NCBI GenBank assembly: GCA_028534125.1
Contig: CM052817.1
Location: forward strand, 77,750,001 to 77,814,000
Direction of reading: 5' to 3'
DNA length: 64,000 nucleotides
From: Lama glama
Lineage: Eukaryota
Under the pieces are notes generated by a model that was not told the DNA's origin, searched no databases, and saw nothing but the letters and a program-made list of their open reading frames with translations. Positions 37,411-50,477 of this stretch are shown here, one piece after another. Both the position numbers and the translations under genes were made by a program. The stretch's first letter is position 1, and each line of letters opens with the position of its first letter.

Positions 37411-37886
37411 TGTATTTGTTTGCTAGGGTTGCCATTACAGAATACCACAAATTGGGTCACTTAACAACAGAAATTTATTGTCTTATAGTTCTGTAGGCTA
37501 AAAGACCAAGATCAAGGTGTTGGCAGAGTTGGTTCCTCCTAAGTGCTGTAAGGGAGAATCTGTTCCATGTGTCTCTCTAGTTTCTGGTGTTTTGCTGGCA
37601 GTCCTTGACATTCCTTGGTTTGTAGATCTCTGCCCTCATCTTCACATGGTATTCTTCCTGTGTATGTGTCTCTGTCCAAATTTCTCCTTTTTATAAGTAT
37701 ACCAGTCATATTGGAGTAGGAACTCACTCTACTATATTGGGGTATATAGTCCCTACTCCAGTATGACCTCATTGTAATTAATTATGTATACAGTGACACT
37801 GTTTTCAGATAAGGCCACATTCTGAGGGACTGGCAATTAGGACTTCAGCGTAAGAACTTTGAGGGGACACAATTCAATCCATAATA
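37411..37886 (-). mobile_element. MaLR solo LTR (MLT1B/C-like)
   Basis: Runs from 'tgtatttgtttgctagggttgccattacagaataccacaaattggg...caacagaaatttattgtc' to 'ggggacacaattcaatccataata'. Confidence 0.88.
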
Positions 37887-38248
37887 GTTGGACTTCAGAC
37901 TTACAGATGAATTAGAATTCTTGGTCTGAGAAACTGGTGCTACTGAGGAGGGTAGTGGAGGGCTGTCTTTGAAGACGAAGTGCTCTAGGGTTATTAAATT
38001 AATGGTTACTCTCTCTTCTGCTCTAGGTATTTTTTTAGATAGTGGTGAGGAGATAGAGTGATCATGAAGTAAACAGATAATCCCCAGTTATAGCCATCAT
38101 ATATTGTAAAAACCCAAATGAGAACACCTGGTATATAAAACACAAGATGATAATTGATAAAATATACAAAATTGGAGCCAATCTGGGCCTTATGACTATC
38201 AAATTTGAGGTAGGCTCTTCATAGGAAAGGATTGGTTGTGATCCATGG

Positions 38249-38819
38249 TATGGTAGGTGATCAGCACCCCAAAATGTCCACACTCTAATCCTTTGAATTT
38301 GTGAATATGTTATATTTCGTGGCAAAGGGATTTTTCTGATGTATTTAGGGTTAGGAACCTTAAAATAGGAGAATTATCCTGGATTATCCAGGTGGCCCAG
38401 CAGAGAACTTTCTCTGGCTGGAGGTAGTAGAGATGAACCAGAGGGTAAAGTCAGAGAAATTCAGATAATGAGAAGTGTTTAACCCACTATAGCTGACTTT
38501 GAAGATGAAGGGAACCAAGGAATGTAGGTGGCCTCTGAACACTGAGAGTGACCACTAGCTGACAGACAGCAAGGGCATGGGACCTCAGTCCTAAAACCAC
38601 AAGGAACTGGATTCTGCTAATAATCTGAATGAACTTAAAAGGGAATTTTTCCTGGAGCAGTCTACAAACCAGCTAGTCAACATTTTGATTTTGACCTTGT
38701 GAAACCAGAACAGAAAGCAGTAGAGCAAACCCAGATTTCTGACCTAATATATTTGTGTTTGTTTTTTAAGCTCCTCAGTTCATGGTAATTTATTATAGCA
38801 GCAACAGAAGACTAATACA
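38249..38819 (+). mobile_element. MaLR solo LTR (MLT1D-like)
   Basis: Runs from 'tatggtagg...ccccaaaatgtccacactctaatcc...tgtgaatatgtta' to 'ggtaatttattatagcagcaacagaagactaataca'. Confidence 0.88.
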
Positions 38820-38872
38820 CTAGATGTTAGCTGGGATTCTTTGTCTCTAAGGTCAAGATAAGATTGGCTTCA

Positions 38873-39963
38873 TTCAGCACGTCTTCTTTGGAAAAATATC
38901 TATTACATCTGGTCATCTGCCTATCTTGGATTGGATTTTGTTTTTTTGATGTTAAACTGTATGAACTGTTTGTATACTTTGGAACTGAATCCCTTGCAGG
39001 TTGCATCATTTGCAAATATTTTTTCATTGAGTAGGTTATCTTTCTTGTTTCGTTTATGGCTTCCTTTGTGGTGCAAAAGCTCTTTAAGTTTAGTTAGGCC
39101 TCATTTGTTCATTTTGTTTTTATTTCCAGTAATCTAGGAGATCGATCCCCCCAAAATATTGCTGTGATTTATGTCAAAGAGTATTCTGCCTAAGTTTTCC
39201 TCTAGGAGTTTCAAAGTATTTGGTCTTACATTAAGGTCTTAATCCATTTTTTAGTTTATTTTTGTATATGGTGTAGGAGATGTTCTAATTTCATTCTTCT
39301 GCATTTAGCTGTCCAGTTTTCCTAGCACCACTTATTAAACATACTCTCTTTTCTCCATTGTGTATTCTTAACTCCTTTGTAGTAAATTAATTGACCATAA
39401 GTGTATGGGTTTATTTTTGGGCTTTCTATCCTGTTCCATAGATCTATATGTCTGCTTCTGTGCCAGTACTATACTATTTTGATTACTATAGCTTTGTAGT
39501 ATAGTCTGAAGTCAGAGAGTGTGATTCCTCCAGCTCTCTTCTTTCTCAAGATAGTTTTGACTATTTGGGGTCTTTTGTGTTTACTTAGTAAAGAAATGCA
39601 AATTAAAACTACAATGAAGTATCAACTCACATCAGTCAGTATGCGTATCATTAAAAAGTCTACAAATAATAAATGCTGGAGAGGGTGTGGAGGAAAGAGA
39701 ACCCTCCCACACTGTTGGTGGGAATGTAAATTGGTGCAGCCACTATAGAGAATAATTTGAAGATTCCTTAAAAAACTAAAAGTAGAGTTACCATATGCTC
39801 CAGCAATTCCACTCCTGGGTGTGTATCCAGAGAAAACTCTAATTTGAAAAAGTACATGCACTCCAATATTTATAGCAGCACTATTTACGATAGCCAAGAC
39901 ATGGAAGCAACCTAAATGTCCCTTGACAGATGACTGGATATATACATATATACATGTATATGT

Positions 39964-39996
<33 letters not shown>

Positions 39997-40502
39997 GGAA
40001 TACTACTCAGTATAGAAAAGAATGAAATAATGCCATTTGCAGCAATATGGATGGACCTAGAGGTGATCATATTAAGAAGTAAGTCAGACAAAGACAAATA
40101 TCATATGGTATCACTTGTATGGGATCTAAAACATGATGCAAATGAACTTATTTGCAAAACAGAAAGTGACTCACAGACATTGAAAACAAATTTACGGTTA
40201 CCAAAGGGGAAAGGCAGGAGGGGAAGGGATAAATTAGGAGTTTGGGATTAACGTATAGACGCTACTATATATAAAATACATAAACAGCAATGACCTACTA
40301 CTGTATAGCACAGGGAAGTATATTCAGTATCTTGTAATAACCTATAATGGAAAAGAATCTGAAAAGAATTATAATATGTACATATACATATATATACACA
40401 TATATATGTATACATACATATATATATATCACCTAGCTGTACACCTGAAGCTAACACGACATTGTAAATCAACTATACTTCAATTAAAAAAATTTTTTTA
40501 AA
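38873..40502 (+). mobile_element. Relatively young L1 with a 5' inversion (antisense 38873-~39582, sense ~39583-40502)
   Basis: A perfect 13-bp TSD aagattggcttca lies at 38860-38872 and 40503-40515. The sense part encodes the ORF2 Cys-rich region ([13 protein letters not shown]...[12 protein letters not shown]) plus the 3'UTR. The 5' part is upstream ORF2 in reverse. Confidence 0.93.
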
Positions 40503-40549
40503 AAGATTGGCTTCAGTATCCCAGTGTCCTCACCAAGATTCCTGCAAGA

Positions 40550-40932
40550 CCTTAGGTCATGTAAGATAATGCATACTATCATGATCTTCTCTGGCTCTGA
40601 CCTTCTGTTTCTGCTGGAGAGTCTTGTAAAACGCTTATGCAATTAGGTTTGCTCATCTTTGCCTTTCCTGTTGCCAGGAAAAGAACATGCTAGTCTGGCC
40701 TGCTGGAAAATGAGCAACATTAGTGCAATCCAAGTTGCCCCAGCTGAGTCATCCAAGGTCATTCTATGTCAGCTGACAGGCAGCCTATCCCCAGATAATT
40801 TGTGAGCAAGTCTAGGCAAGATTGAGAGAACTGCCTGATCACCCTATTTGTGCAAGCAGTAAACACTCATTATATGTCACTAAGTTTTTGTGATTATTTG
40901 TTACACATTATTGTGGTTTTATTAGATAACTC
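40550..40932 (+). mobile_element. Old MaLR LTR fragment (MLT1H/I-like)
   Basis: Contains 'gccaggaaaagaacatgc...ctggcctgctgg' and the end 'gtcactaagtttttgtgattatttgttacacattattgtgg'. Confidence 0.6.
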
Positions 40933-42494
40933 ACATTGACCTGAAGGAAACTTTTGCTTCCTTAATAGTACATCCTTTTTCACTCTTCTTTCCTTCTCAT
41001 GCCTGAGTGACACCATTTCTAGCCTTATTTTAGTATGTTTTATCTCTTTGTTTTTCTAGCTTCCATTTATTTCTATTGATATTAACTTCTTAGTTTTAAA
41101 ATAATAGTTTCTTTCAATAGCCTGTTTATCAGTGGCAAATTCTTTGTATGGTAGTATTTTGAGGAGTCAGACAAGAGGACTCTTCAGTAAAGAGTGAATC
41201 ATAGCAGGATGTTAATTCTAAAGATGTCATGAATTATGTGCTTGGGAGTCTGGGTGACCAGAGAATTGTCAGGGTAACTGAATAGTCTCTAAAAGGGAGG
41301 AGTAATGTCTCTGGTCATAGTATCTTAGATTAGAGAACACGATTCAATTTCAGGAATATTCAAGGGGCCCCACACCTATCCATCTGACATCTAGTTCCAA
41401 ATTACCTTATATTGTTATATATATGTCACATATCCTCAACAAAATTGTAAACCTTTTGAATGTAGGCTTTGTTTTCTATATGTTTTTGAAATCATGATAT
41501 GTTGTCCACTATACTCTGCATATAGTGGGCCATAAATTAGTGTTTATTAATAATGATGATAAAGAAAAATAAGACGCTAAAGGAAGAAGAAAGATTATGT
41601 GAGGGATCTCTCTAATTAGTTTCACCCTCTCGTAATTTTTTTTTTTATCTTAATCTGGGAAGATGCACTTTAAATTTAAAAAGGAATAAATTCAAATAAA
41701 ATTTCTTTAAAAAAATCATTAGAAGAGAGAAACAAGTGTGGAATGTACAACTCAAAACTAATAATAGATTGGAAACTGGAGACTTTGAAACTTCCATAGT
41801 CAAGAAGTGCAGATCCAATAGCCATCTAGTGATTATTAAATTGGTAAAGATTATAACTCATTGAAATAAGCACTGGCTCCATATGCCTAGGACAGAAAGC
41901 TTGCTAGAAGGCAGCTGGTGATGTGAAAATCATTGCTTAATGTTAAATTTGCTTCTAATAACTCCTTGGCAGAATCCTACTAGCAATTATAACACAAAGC
42001 AAAATGTGTTGCAACAACATGTGTGAAAATACCAAGTCTGAAATTTGTCTTATTTAGAAAACTCATCTTTTGCCTTATACTTGGAATTTCCACTGATTCC
42101 CATATTCATTTAGAATTTACATCATTTCCCCAAACTGTTAATAAAGATTAGCGATAGATTCAGAGAATCTTATTTTTTAAATCACTTAAAGAAATACAGC
42201 AGTAATACATATTTACAGTAGTAGTCCACGAAACCTGTTTTAAATTTCTGACACCTACATACACAAGTTTGATGTTTGCCATTTTTAGATGATTAGCATA
42301 ACACCCTGACCTTAATGTAATGGCCATTGAAACAAAAACAAACAAACAAAAAAACCATTTGATTAAAGTCCAAATAGCTGTTGAGGAGTTTATCTCAACC
42401 TAAAGATAAAGAAGAGGGATGCACTTTTTCCTTTAAACTCTCAATCTTGTCATCTTAACTACTTGTGCTCTTGTATGGTTTTTGTGATACCAAG

Positions 42495-43028
42495 TATGGA
42501 AGATTCAACATGGCTGCAAATTGGTTGCTACTCTTCCCTTTGAGGGGTAGATTCCATTTCCTCTCTCTAGGAATTTGGACTGGCTTTAGTGACTTGCTTA
42601 ACTGTTAGAACATGGTGGAGTACACTTTCCGGGACTTTTGAGGCTGGGTAGGTCCTAAGGAACCTTGCAACTTTCACACAGGCCTACCAGAACACTCTCT
42701 GAAAGCTCTGAGCAACCACTAATAAGTCTACCACCTGTAAGTTGAATCTGCCTAACCTGAGCCTGCCATGCCGGACAAGTGCTTCAACAGTCCCAGTAAG
42801 CCCCAGTTTCAAATCATAGCTTCCAGGATGCCAAACATGTTGAGTGATGCTGTCTTGGACTTTCCAAAGCAACCTATTGGCCAGCTGACTACCGCTGAGA
42901 AGCTTCAGGCAATGCTATGAGAAACAGAACCCTTACCCAGCCAAAGTGGACCTGAGATATTAGTGCATAAAATTGAGTTATATTAAAGTGGGTTTTTTTT
43001 TAAGTCACCAAGTTTGGGAAAGTTTGTC
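42495..43028 (+). mobile_element. MaLR LTR (MLT1G/H-like)
   Basis: Runs from 'atggctgcaaattggttgctactcttccctttgagggg...ggactggctttagtgacttgct' to 'ttttaagtcaccaagtttggg'. Confidence 0.75.
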
Positions 43029-43029
43029 G

Positions 43030-43700
43030 TTTACCTATTTCTGAATAGCAAATCATCCCCTACTTAGTGACTTAAAATAGTAACAGCCATTATCTTTTAG
43101 TGTCTTCATGCATCAGGAAGTTGGACCCACAAGAGCACAGCAGGGCTGCCTTTTTTCTGCTCCATAATGTCTGAACTGGGAACACTTGAAAGCTGGGAGT
43201 GACTTGATGGCTGAGGTCTTGAGTTATGTGGAGACTTCCATGTCTGGTGGCTGTTAGCTAGGATCTCAGCTGTACTGTTGGCTGAAACACCGAGTAGCTT
43301 TGTGACCTTTCCATATGGTCTCTTCATATGGGCTAGATTGAGCTTCCTCAGAGCTTGATGCCAGGTTCAAGGTGAATTGGGTGAGTGCTCTATTCCCTAA
43401 GACTTAGTCTTGGAAGTCACATACATTCTTTTTGATGTAGTCATAAGCCACCTAGATTAAGGCGAGGGAAGATAAATCTCAGGTGACCAAGTCCCAGGGT
43501 GTTTTGCCTGGGATTAAGAGGTGTCCTGGGACACAGGACTTTCAGTGATAAAACCAGAAGAGTTCCAGGCAACTCAGGGTGAGTTGGTCACCCTACTAAA
43601 GCCCCTGTTCTGGAGGAGTGTCAAAGTCACATTCTATTAAGAACATGTTGGGTAGGAGATAGTGCTGGAGCCATCTTTGAAAAATGAATTCCCCCACAGG
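43030..43700 (-). mobile_element. MaLR LTR (MLT1-type) interrupted by MER81
   Basis: Runs from 'tagcaaatcatcccctacttagtgacttaaaatagtaac' through 'catgtctggtggctgttagctaggatctcagctg' to 'gccatctttgaaaaatgaattcccccaca'. Confidence 0.75.
43480..43595. mobile_element. MER81-like hAT-Blackjack MITE
   Basis: TIRs are aggtgaccaa / ttggtcacccta. The internal sequence 'ggactttcagtgataaaacc' is characteristic, and the length is ~115 bp. Confidence 0.85.
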
Positions 43701-43769
43701 TGTTTTATTTATTATGGGGTGTATAACTGGCACCACCAACTGATGTTGCCAGGGCAATGAATAATTCAT

Positions 43770-43895
43770 AGGAGTGTAAATTCTTAGAGGACAGAGATTT
43801 TTATTTTTTGTTTATCATTGAGTCTCAGGGTTTAGGGCAGTGACTGGCACATAGTTAATATTAATATTTATAGAATGAGTGAGTGAATAAATGTT
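43770..43895 (+). mobile_element. L2 3' terminus
   Basis: Reads 'gtgtaaattcttagaggacagagatt...cagtgactggcacatagt...gaatgagtgagtgaataaatg'. Confidence 0.75.
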
Positions 43896-45922
43896 AAGTC
43901 CTATAACATTCCATTATGTAAAATCCAGCTAATGCCACATACCACATTTAATAATAACATACCACATTTTTCTTGCTTGCTAGCAACCAGAGGAGAAATT
44001 GTTTAAAATGAAATGGCCCTTCCAGGGCAGAAGAAAGTAGAAAAATAATCAAAACCAATAAACTTCAGAGACTATCACTTTACCCTACGAGACCAGCCTC
44101 TGAATTCTCTCCCTTAGGTGCACTTCACAGGCAGGGCCTTAGATGACTGCAGCAGGGACAAGAAGAAGGTGCTCAGAGGTCCTTATATTTATGTGACATC
44201 TAGGGTGTCCCTGTTATGACAGGGTTCTTTTGGTAATAAGTCATAACCCTCCTCTCATTTGCTTAAATTTGTGGTGGTTAAGAATACTGCTTCTGCTTCA
44301 GAATACACGTCTTTTTTCCCTTCTACATGTGGTAGCTATTATTTTTGTCTGCCCAGCACAAAACATGCCCTACCCTCACATGATAGAAGTGGAAAAATGA
44401 TCTCAGCAATGCCAAAATGATTCTCTATTTTATAAATATGAGTATCTAGTAAATATATACAAGAGCAAAAAGCAGTTAAAACAGAGTAACTTATGACAAC
44501 GTGACTCCGATAAAGAGTTCATGATCACTTTCTACTAAGGTCCCCTCTTCTTGAAGTTTGATTGTTGAGCTCTACATGAGGCGCAGTGAGATACTAAGGT
44601 TCTCTCTCTCTTTCTCTCTCTCTCTCTTTTTTTTTTGGTAGCACAATTTTTTTGTTTGTTTGTTGTTAACAACAACAACAAAAGATATAGAAAATCTTTT
44701 TTGGGATTGCTATAAATATTAGGCTCTTGAATACAAGAAAATATCATAATTGGAATAATTCTTGATTCTGCACTTGAAGAAACATCCTGTTCTTCTTTAC
44801 CTCTGTTCCATTTCTTGTTCCTGACAGTGAACTTAAGCCAGTTGCTCAAAGACCATCATAGAAAAGGCTTTTTACTATCACTGTTCTAGAACAGAGAAAA
44901 CCAAAAAAGAATGAGGACCAGAGAGAAATCAGTCTGGATATCAGGTGAAACTGGGAGCTTGGAAGAAAATGTTCAGGCATTTTGTCAGGAAGCCAAATGC
45001 TCATTGTAGGCCTTCTGTGAATAAATGCTCTGAAAACAGATGTGACTAAGCACATAATGTGTATTTCTGAAAGCGAAATGATTTGAGGAAAAATCTGATT
45101 GCTTCTGAAGAAATCAACATGTGGTTTCTTTTAATGACTTATCAAGCTATTTATAAGGTATTAATTATCCATTGTGTGAGGAAGAATGTTTCTATATAGA
45201 TATTCTGCCCTTAACTTACAACATTCGAAGATCCCAAACAGCTTGTAATGCAAAGATCTGCTTCTCTCTTTTTCTGTCTTCACTATCCCCTACTACATTA
45301 TTTGTGATATCTTCATTCATAGTTTATGTGCAAAATTAAGGCTATGGAGTCCCCTGAACTCATCTTTAATACATTGTCTTTACTGTTGAAAGTTTTTACA
45401 CCTTCATAAGAGACGCTTAGTTGCTGGAGCCTCTCTGTATACTAATTGTTAGCTTCTCATAGAAGCTTAAGTAATGAGTCTTAGAAAAGCTTCCACTGCC
45501 AAAACCCTGGATGGGACTCTAAGCTTACAGACTGACATTGATGCAAACACTATTGAGACAGTTCAACTGTTAGGATCCTTTTGGAACACTGGTAGCTGTC
45601 AAAAAGTTTTCAGTGAAGTGCAGTTCAGCTATTTCCTCACAACCTTATAACTAAATTATAATGAATGCAATTTTTTAACTAAATTATTAAACAGATTACC
45701 AGGTATGAACTTAACTATTTGTATAGCTTCTTGTGAAAGTTTGATTATGTTCCAGCTCTCTTTTTTAGGTGCCCTTAAGACATCTTACATAAAACATTTT
45801 CTTGAAACAATTGCAACAATGTTCTGAAGGCAGGATTTGGTTGATTTTATTATATCTGGCTTCAGGAAAACAGAATTATTCACTCCAGTGTCTGGATCCC
45901 AGAGCAATTAAGATCCAAGCCT

Positions 45923-47057
45923 AAAAACATTCTCTGACATAAATCGTAGCAATGATATCCTAGATCAGTTTCCCAAGGCAATAGAAATAAAAGCAAAAAT
46001 AAACTAATGGGACCTAACCAAACAATCAAGTTTTTGTACAACAAAGGAAATCATAAACATAATGAAAAGATAACCTATGGAGAAAATATTTGCAAACAAA
46101 GCAACTGACAAGGGTTTAACTTCCAGAATATACAAACAGCTCATACAACTCAATAACAAAAAAACCCCAAACAAGTCAATCAAAAATGGGAAGAAGATCT
46201 AACAGATATTTCTCCAATGAATACATACAGATATCCAATACACATGAAAAAAAGCTCAATATCGCTAATTATTAGAGAAATACAGATCAAAACTGCAATG
46301 GGGTATTATCTTACATCATTGAGTATGGCCATAATTAAAAAGTCCACAAATGATAAATGCTTGAGAGGGTGTGAAGAAAAAGGAACCCTCTTACATTGCT
46401 GGTAGGAATGTAAATTGGTGCAACCACTATGGAGACTGTATGAAGATTCCTTAAAAACCTAAAAATAGATTTACAATATGACCCAGCAATCCTACTCCTG
46501 GGTGTATATCTGGAAAAAACTCTAATTCAAATAAATAATACACCCCAATATTTATAGCAGCACTATTTACAATAGCCAAGACATGCAAGCAACCTAAATA
46601 TCCATCAATAGATGACTAGATAAAGAAGTTATGGTATATATATATATGTATACACACACACACACTATGGAATATATACTTCAGACATAAAAAATAATGA
46701 AATAATGCCCTTTATAGCAACATGGATGGACTTAAAAATGATCATACTAAGTGAAGTAAGTCGGACAGAGAAAGACAAATATCATATGGTATCACTTATA
46801 TGTGGAATCTTAAAAAAATGATACACATGAACTTACTTGCAAAATAGAAAGAAACTCACAGATAGAAAATAAACTTACGATTACCCAAGGGGAAAAAGGG
46901 GGAGGAATAAATGAGGAGTTCGGGATTAGCAGATACAAACTATTATATATAAATAAATAAACAAGGTCCTACTGTATAGTATAGGGAACTACATTCAATA
47001 TTTTATACTAACCTATAAGGAAATAGAATATGAAAAATAATATATATTTTATATATA

Positions 47058-47106
<49 letters not shown>

Positions 47107-47189
47107 TGAATTACGGTGTTGTTCACCAGAAACTAACACAGCATTGTAAATCAACTAAACTTCAATTTAAAAACAAGTAAACAAAACAA
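45923..47189 (+). mobile_element. 5'-truncated L1 (same 3'UTR family as 38873-40502) with an internal (TA)n at ~47061-47102
   Basis: Carries an ORF2 C-terminal remnant (HMKKSSISLIIREIQIKT...[22 protein letters not shown]) and the 3' end 'cattgtaaatcaactaaacttcaattt'. A degenerate TSD is aagatccaagcct (45910-45922) / aaaacccaaccct (47190-47202). Confidence 0.92.
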
Positions 47190-49039
47190 AAAACCCAACC
47201 CTCAAGCTCTGTGCCCAAAGATTCATGTAACAGGCCTTCCTAGATTGCTATATATTTCATGCAAGGACAAGAGTGTCTCTAACATTTTAGGCAATCCACA
47301 TATCTGGAATACTACTAATGTGGCCATTGAGAGACCATTTTTAATATTTATCATTCTGACAAACAAGCATTAATTTTACAATTGAAACCTCATTTTATTA
47401 CTCATTATCTTAATTATTAAAAATCTAATATTGATCAGAAATAAAACTGAAGCCTTTGGAGTAGCTGTTTCTGGAGTGTGGCCTTTCTGATATAATGCTA
47501 GGCGACCATCCCTGGAATGTGAATTTTCCATTAAGATAATTGATCAAATCTAGGGTATAACCTAAGCTAAATAACACATGTGTAATATACTATTTATGCT
47601 GAGGTATTTTAATGCAAATTTAAGATGTGTGTTTGTTATTCTGAAAATTTCTGAGATTATATAAATATTCATGGTTTTAAAAGTTTGGGTTCAGGGATTC
47701 TGATTCAAGACTATTATTAGTTAAATTTTAGCCATATCAATATTTAAGTTTAATTCCATATCATAGTTGGAAAGCAAAATTATTATGAAGTAGTAGCTCC
47801 AGAATTTCTGAATCTATTTGGGAGTAGAATCTAGTATTGAAGCTGTGTTTGCGTAGCAAGGTCACTCACTGTTTTTACTTGGATTTTATGTTTATTTGGA
47901 TGGCTTTGAATGAAAGATTATTGAGGACCTTGACTTAATATTTTCACTGGGCAGATTTATGAAATATAACTCTTTAAAAAGTTGAGAGGGCATGTATTTT
48001 GTTTTTAATAATTCATCTGTAATGCATATTAAACATTTATGCTCAAATTTAAAAATTTTGAATGTATGATTATTCTGATCGATGAGACAGAATCATCTGG
48101 TGGATGGGAAGCCTTATTGTAGAGTTTGATTTGAGCTCCAAAAGAGACAGTAAGATAGTGCAAGTTCCTTTTTCATAACTTTAAGCATCAGTATATACTT
48201 CTAGGGTCAAAACATAATGACAGGTCTAATAAGAAATAGGTTTAGAGTCTAATAAAAAAAGTAGCATTTTATATTCATAGTATGTGTTTTTTCCTAAGAA
48301 ATTGGTAGGGTATAACACAATAATGAAACTGTGTTGCCATCATGTATATAGTTTCATGGACCAATTACAGTTCTTTAATGTGATTTTTGAAAGTTATTCA
48401 CAAGGCTGCTTTAACCATGATAAGACTTCAGGTTTTCATTTATAAAACTGTGATTCTCTCTTTGAAATCACATTACATTTGTAAGTCATCTGATGATGAA
48501 AGAATCTGTATAAAATTTGTAAGTTTTTCCTTACACTTTAAATTATGGTGAAATTTTTAAACATACAGTTTTCAATTAGTATGAGCTTTTTACTTCTGCC
48601 CTAAAATCTTACTTTTTTCAGTTTTTTAGAAACTAGTCATTGTTCTGTGTTCTTTAAAGTCTCTAATCTCAAAAGCTATCCTATGTTTCAGAAAGACTGA
48701 AAGCTATTATGTAGTCTCTCAGCTTAGGCAAAAAATGGAATTTGGGATCACTAACATATGGAAGAGAGTAAATAAGATCATGCTGAGGGAGAGAGCATAG
48801 TGAGAAAAGAATAAGGTAAAGGAAAGAGCCCTGAGGAGTACCTACATTTAGAAAAGTGAGGAAATAAGGGCGAAGGGAAATTTGAATATTTTGACATCCT
48901 AGATGCTAAGAAAACAGATGAAGGAGTAGCTAAGTGTATCAAACACTGGTATTTTTACACTCTTGGTGAAGTTGTAGAAGGCTGAAAAGACTGTTGATTC
49001 CACTGTTACTGTGAGAAGCCAATGGATAAACTAAAATAT

Positions 49040-49290
49040 AGTGTTTGTTGACTTCCTTTGAGCATTTAAAAGATGTTATTCAATTGTCTCTGGCTTCCAA
49101 ATATTTAGTCAGCCAACCATCTTTCTTATCTAAGGCTATTTTTAAGGTTTTTCTCTTTGTCTCTGGTTTTGAATAGCTTTGACTATGATATAACTAGGCA
49201 AGATTTTCTTCGTATTTATCCTGCCTGGTGTTCAGTAGGCTTCTTAATGTGTTTTGAGACTTTAATCAAACTTTGAAAACTTCTTAGATA
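49040..49290 (-). mobile_element. Old L1 ORF1-region antisense fragment
   Basis: Contains 'aaagatgttattcaattgtctctggcttcc' and 'gtatttatcctgcctggtgttcagtaggcttctt'. Confidence 0.65.
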
Positions 49291-49439
49291 TTCTCTCTTT
49301 AAAGTACTCATATATGGGATAACTAAATAACTCACCTGTAATGAATAATAATTCATTTTTAAGTGATAATAAAAAAGATAAATAGTGCAATTAAATATAT
49401 AATGTAGGTGAACCTGCATTTCACAACAGAAAATAATTG

Positions 49440-50150
49440 AATGATCAAGTCAATAAAAGTACAAATGGTGCTTAGATCATTCAACTTCAGGGAAATAAAA
49501 ATTAAAACCATTATGAGGTATCTCTACATATTTAAAAGATAAAACTTTATTAAAAATAAAAATATGTTGCTGGGGTTGTGTAAAATAGTACAACCATATT
49601 GGATAATTTTTTGCAGTTTCTTGTCAAGTTAAACATACACAGACCTTTGACTCTGCAAGTCTACTCCTAGATATATACCCCCCAAAGTGAGTGCATATGT
49701 CACAAAAATGTTTGTACAAGAATGCCTATAGCAGTTTTGTTCATGAGTAAGACTAGAAACAACCCAAATATTCATCTGTAGGAAAAATATGTAAATAAAT
49801 TGTAGCAATGGAAAACTACTAAGTAGTTAAAAGGAATATACTACAAATAGTCTCAAATGCATTAGTGAATCTTTAAAAGTATTAGTTGTATGAAAGAAGC
49901 TAGACATGAAAGAATACATACTGTATGACTCCATTTATATAAAATTCTAGAACAGACAAAACTAATTAAGGGGGAGAAATCAGACTTCTGGGAAAAGGGG
50001 TTATTTAGAAAAGGATGAGAGGGAGCATTCAGGTATGGCAGAAAGGTTGTAAATTTTGACTGAGATGATTGTGATTAAGTGAATACAATAAAAAATGCCA
50101 TTGGTAGGGACTTGCATTTTATACATTTTATTCTCTTTTAGTTCTCCCTC
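49440..50150 (+). mobile_element. L1MD/L1ME-type 3' region
   Basis: Contains 'gcagtttcttgtcaagttaaacatacac', 'gactagaaacaacccaaata' and 'gaatacatactgtatgactccatttatataaaattctagaacagacaaaact'. Confidence 0.8.
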
Positions 50151-50477
50151 AAAGGACTGGGAAGAACTCAAAATTTTGTGTAAGTTAAAATGAGATTATC
50201 ATTGAAAAATATGCATTGGAGAGAGGCTGTTGCCTTTTTTAAGAATAATAAATGTAGAATCAGAGTGCACAGAGAAGAAGAAATGGAAACACTAAATATA
50301 GTCAATTATTTTAAGAATACTGGCTATGAAGAAAAGGAAGACAGATTTGGTGTAGTAGAAAGGAAATATGTATATTTATCATTTGGACATGGGAAAATAA
50401 AGATGCTTCATGTATCTGAAATTCTTTTATTTTATAGTTGTTACTAGAAAACTAAAAATGTGAGAAAATTTAAATCA

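Noticed and set aside
39521..40472. Cluster of ORFs on both strands
   Set aside because: All fall within the L1 insertion, as broken ORF2 or antisense frames.
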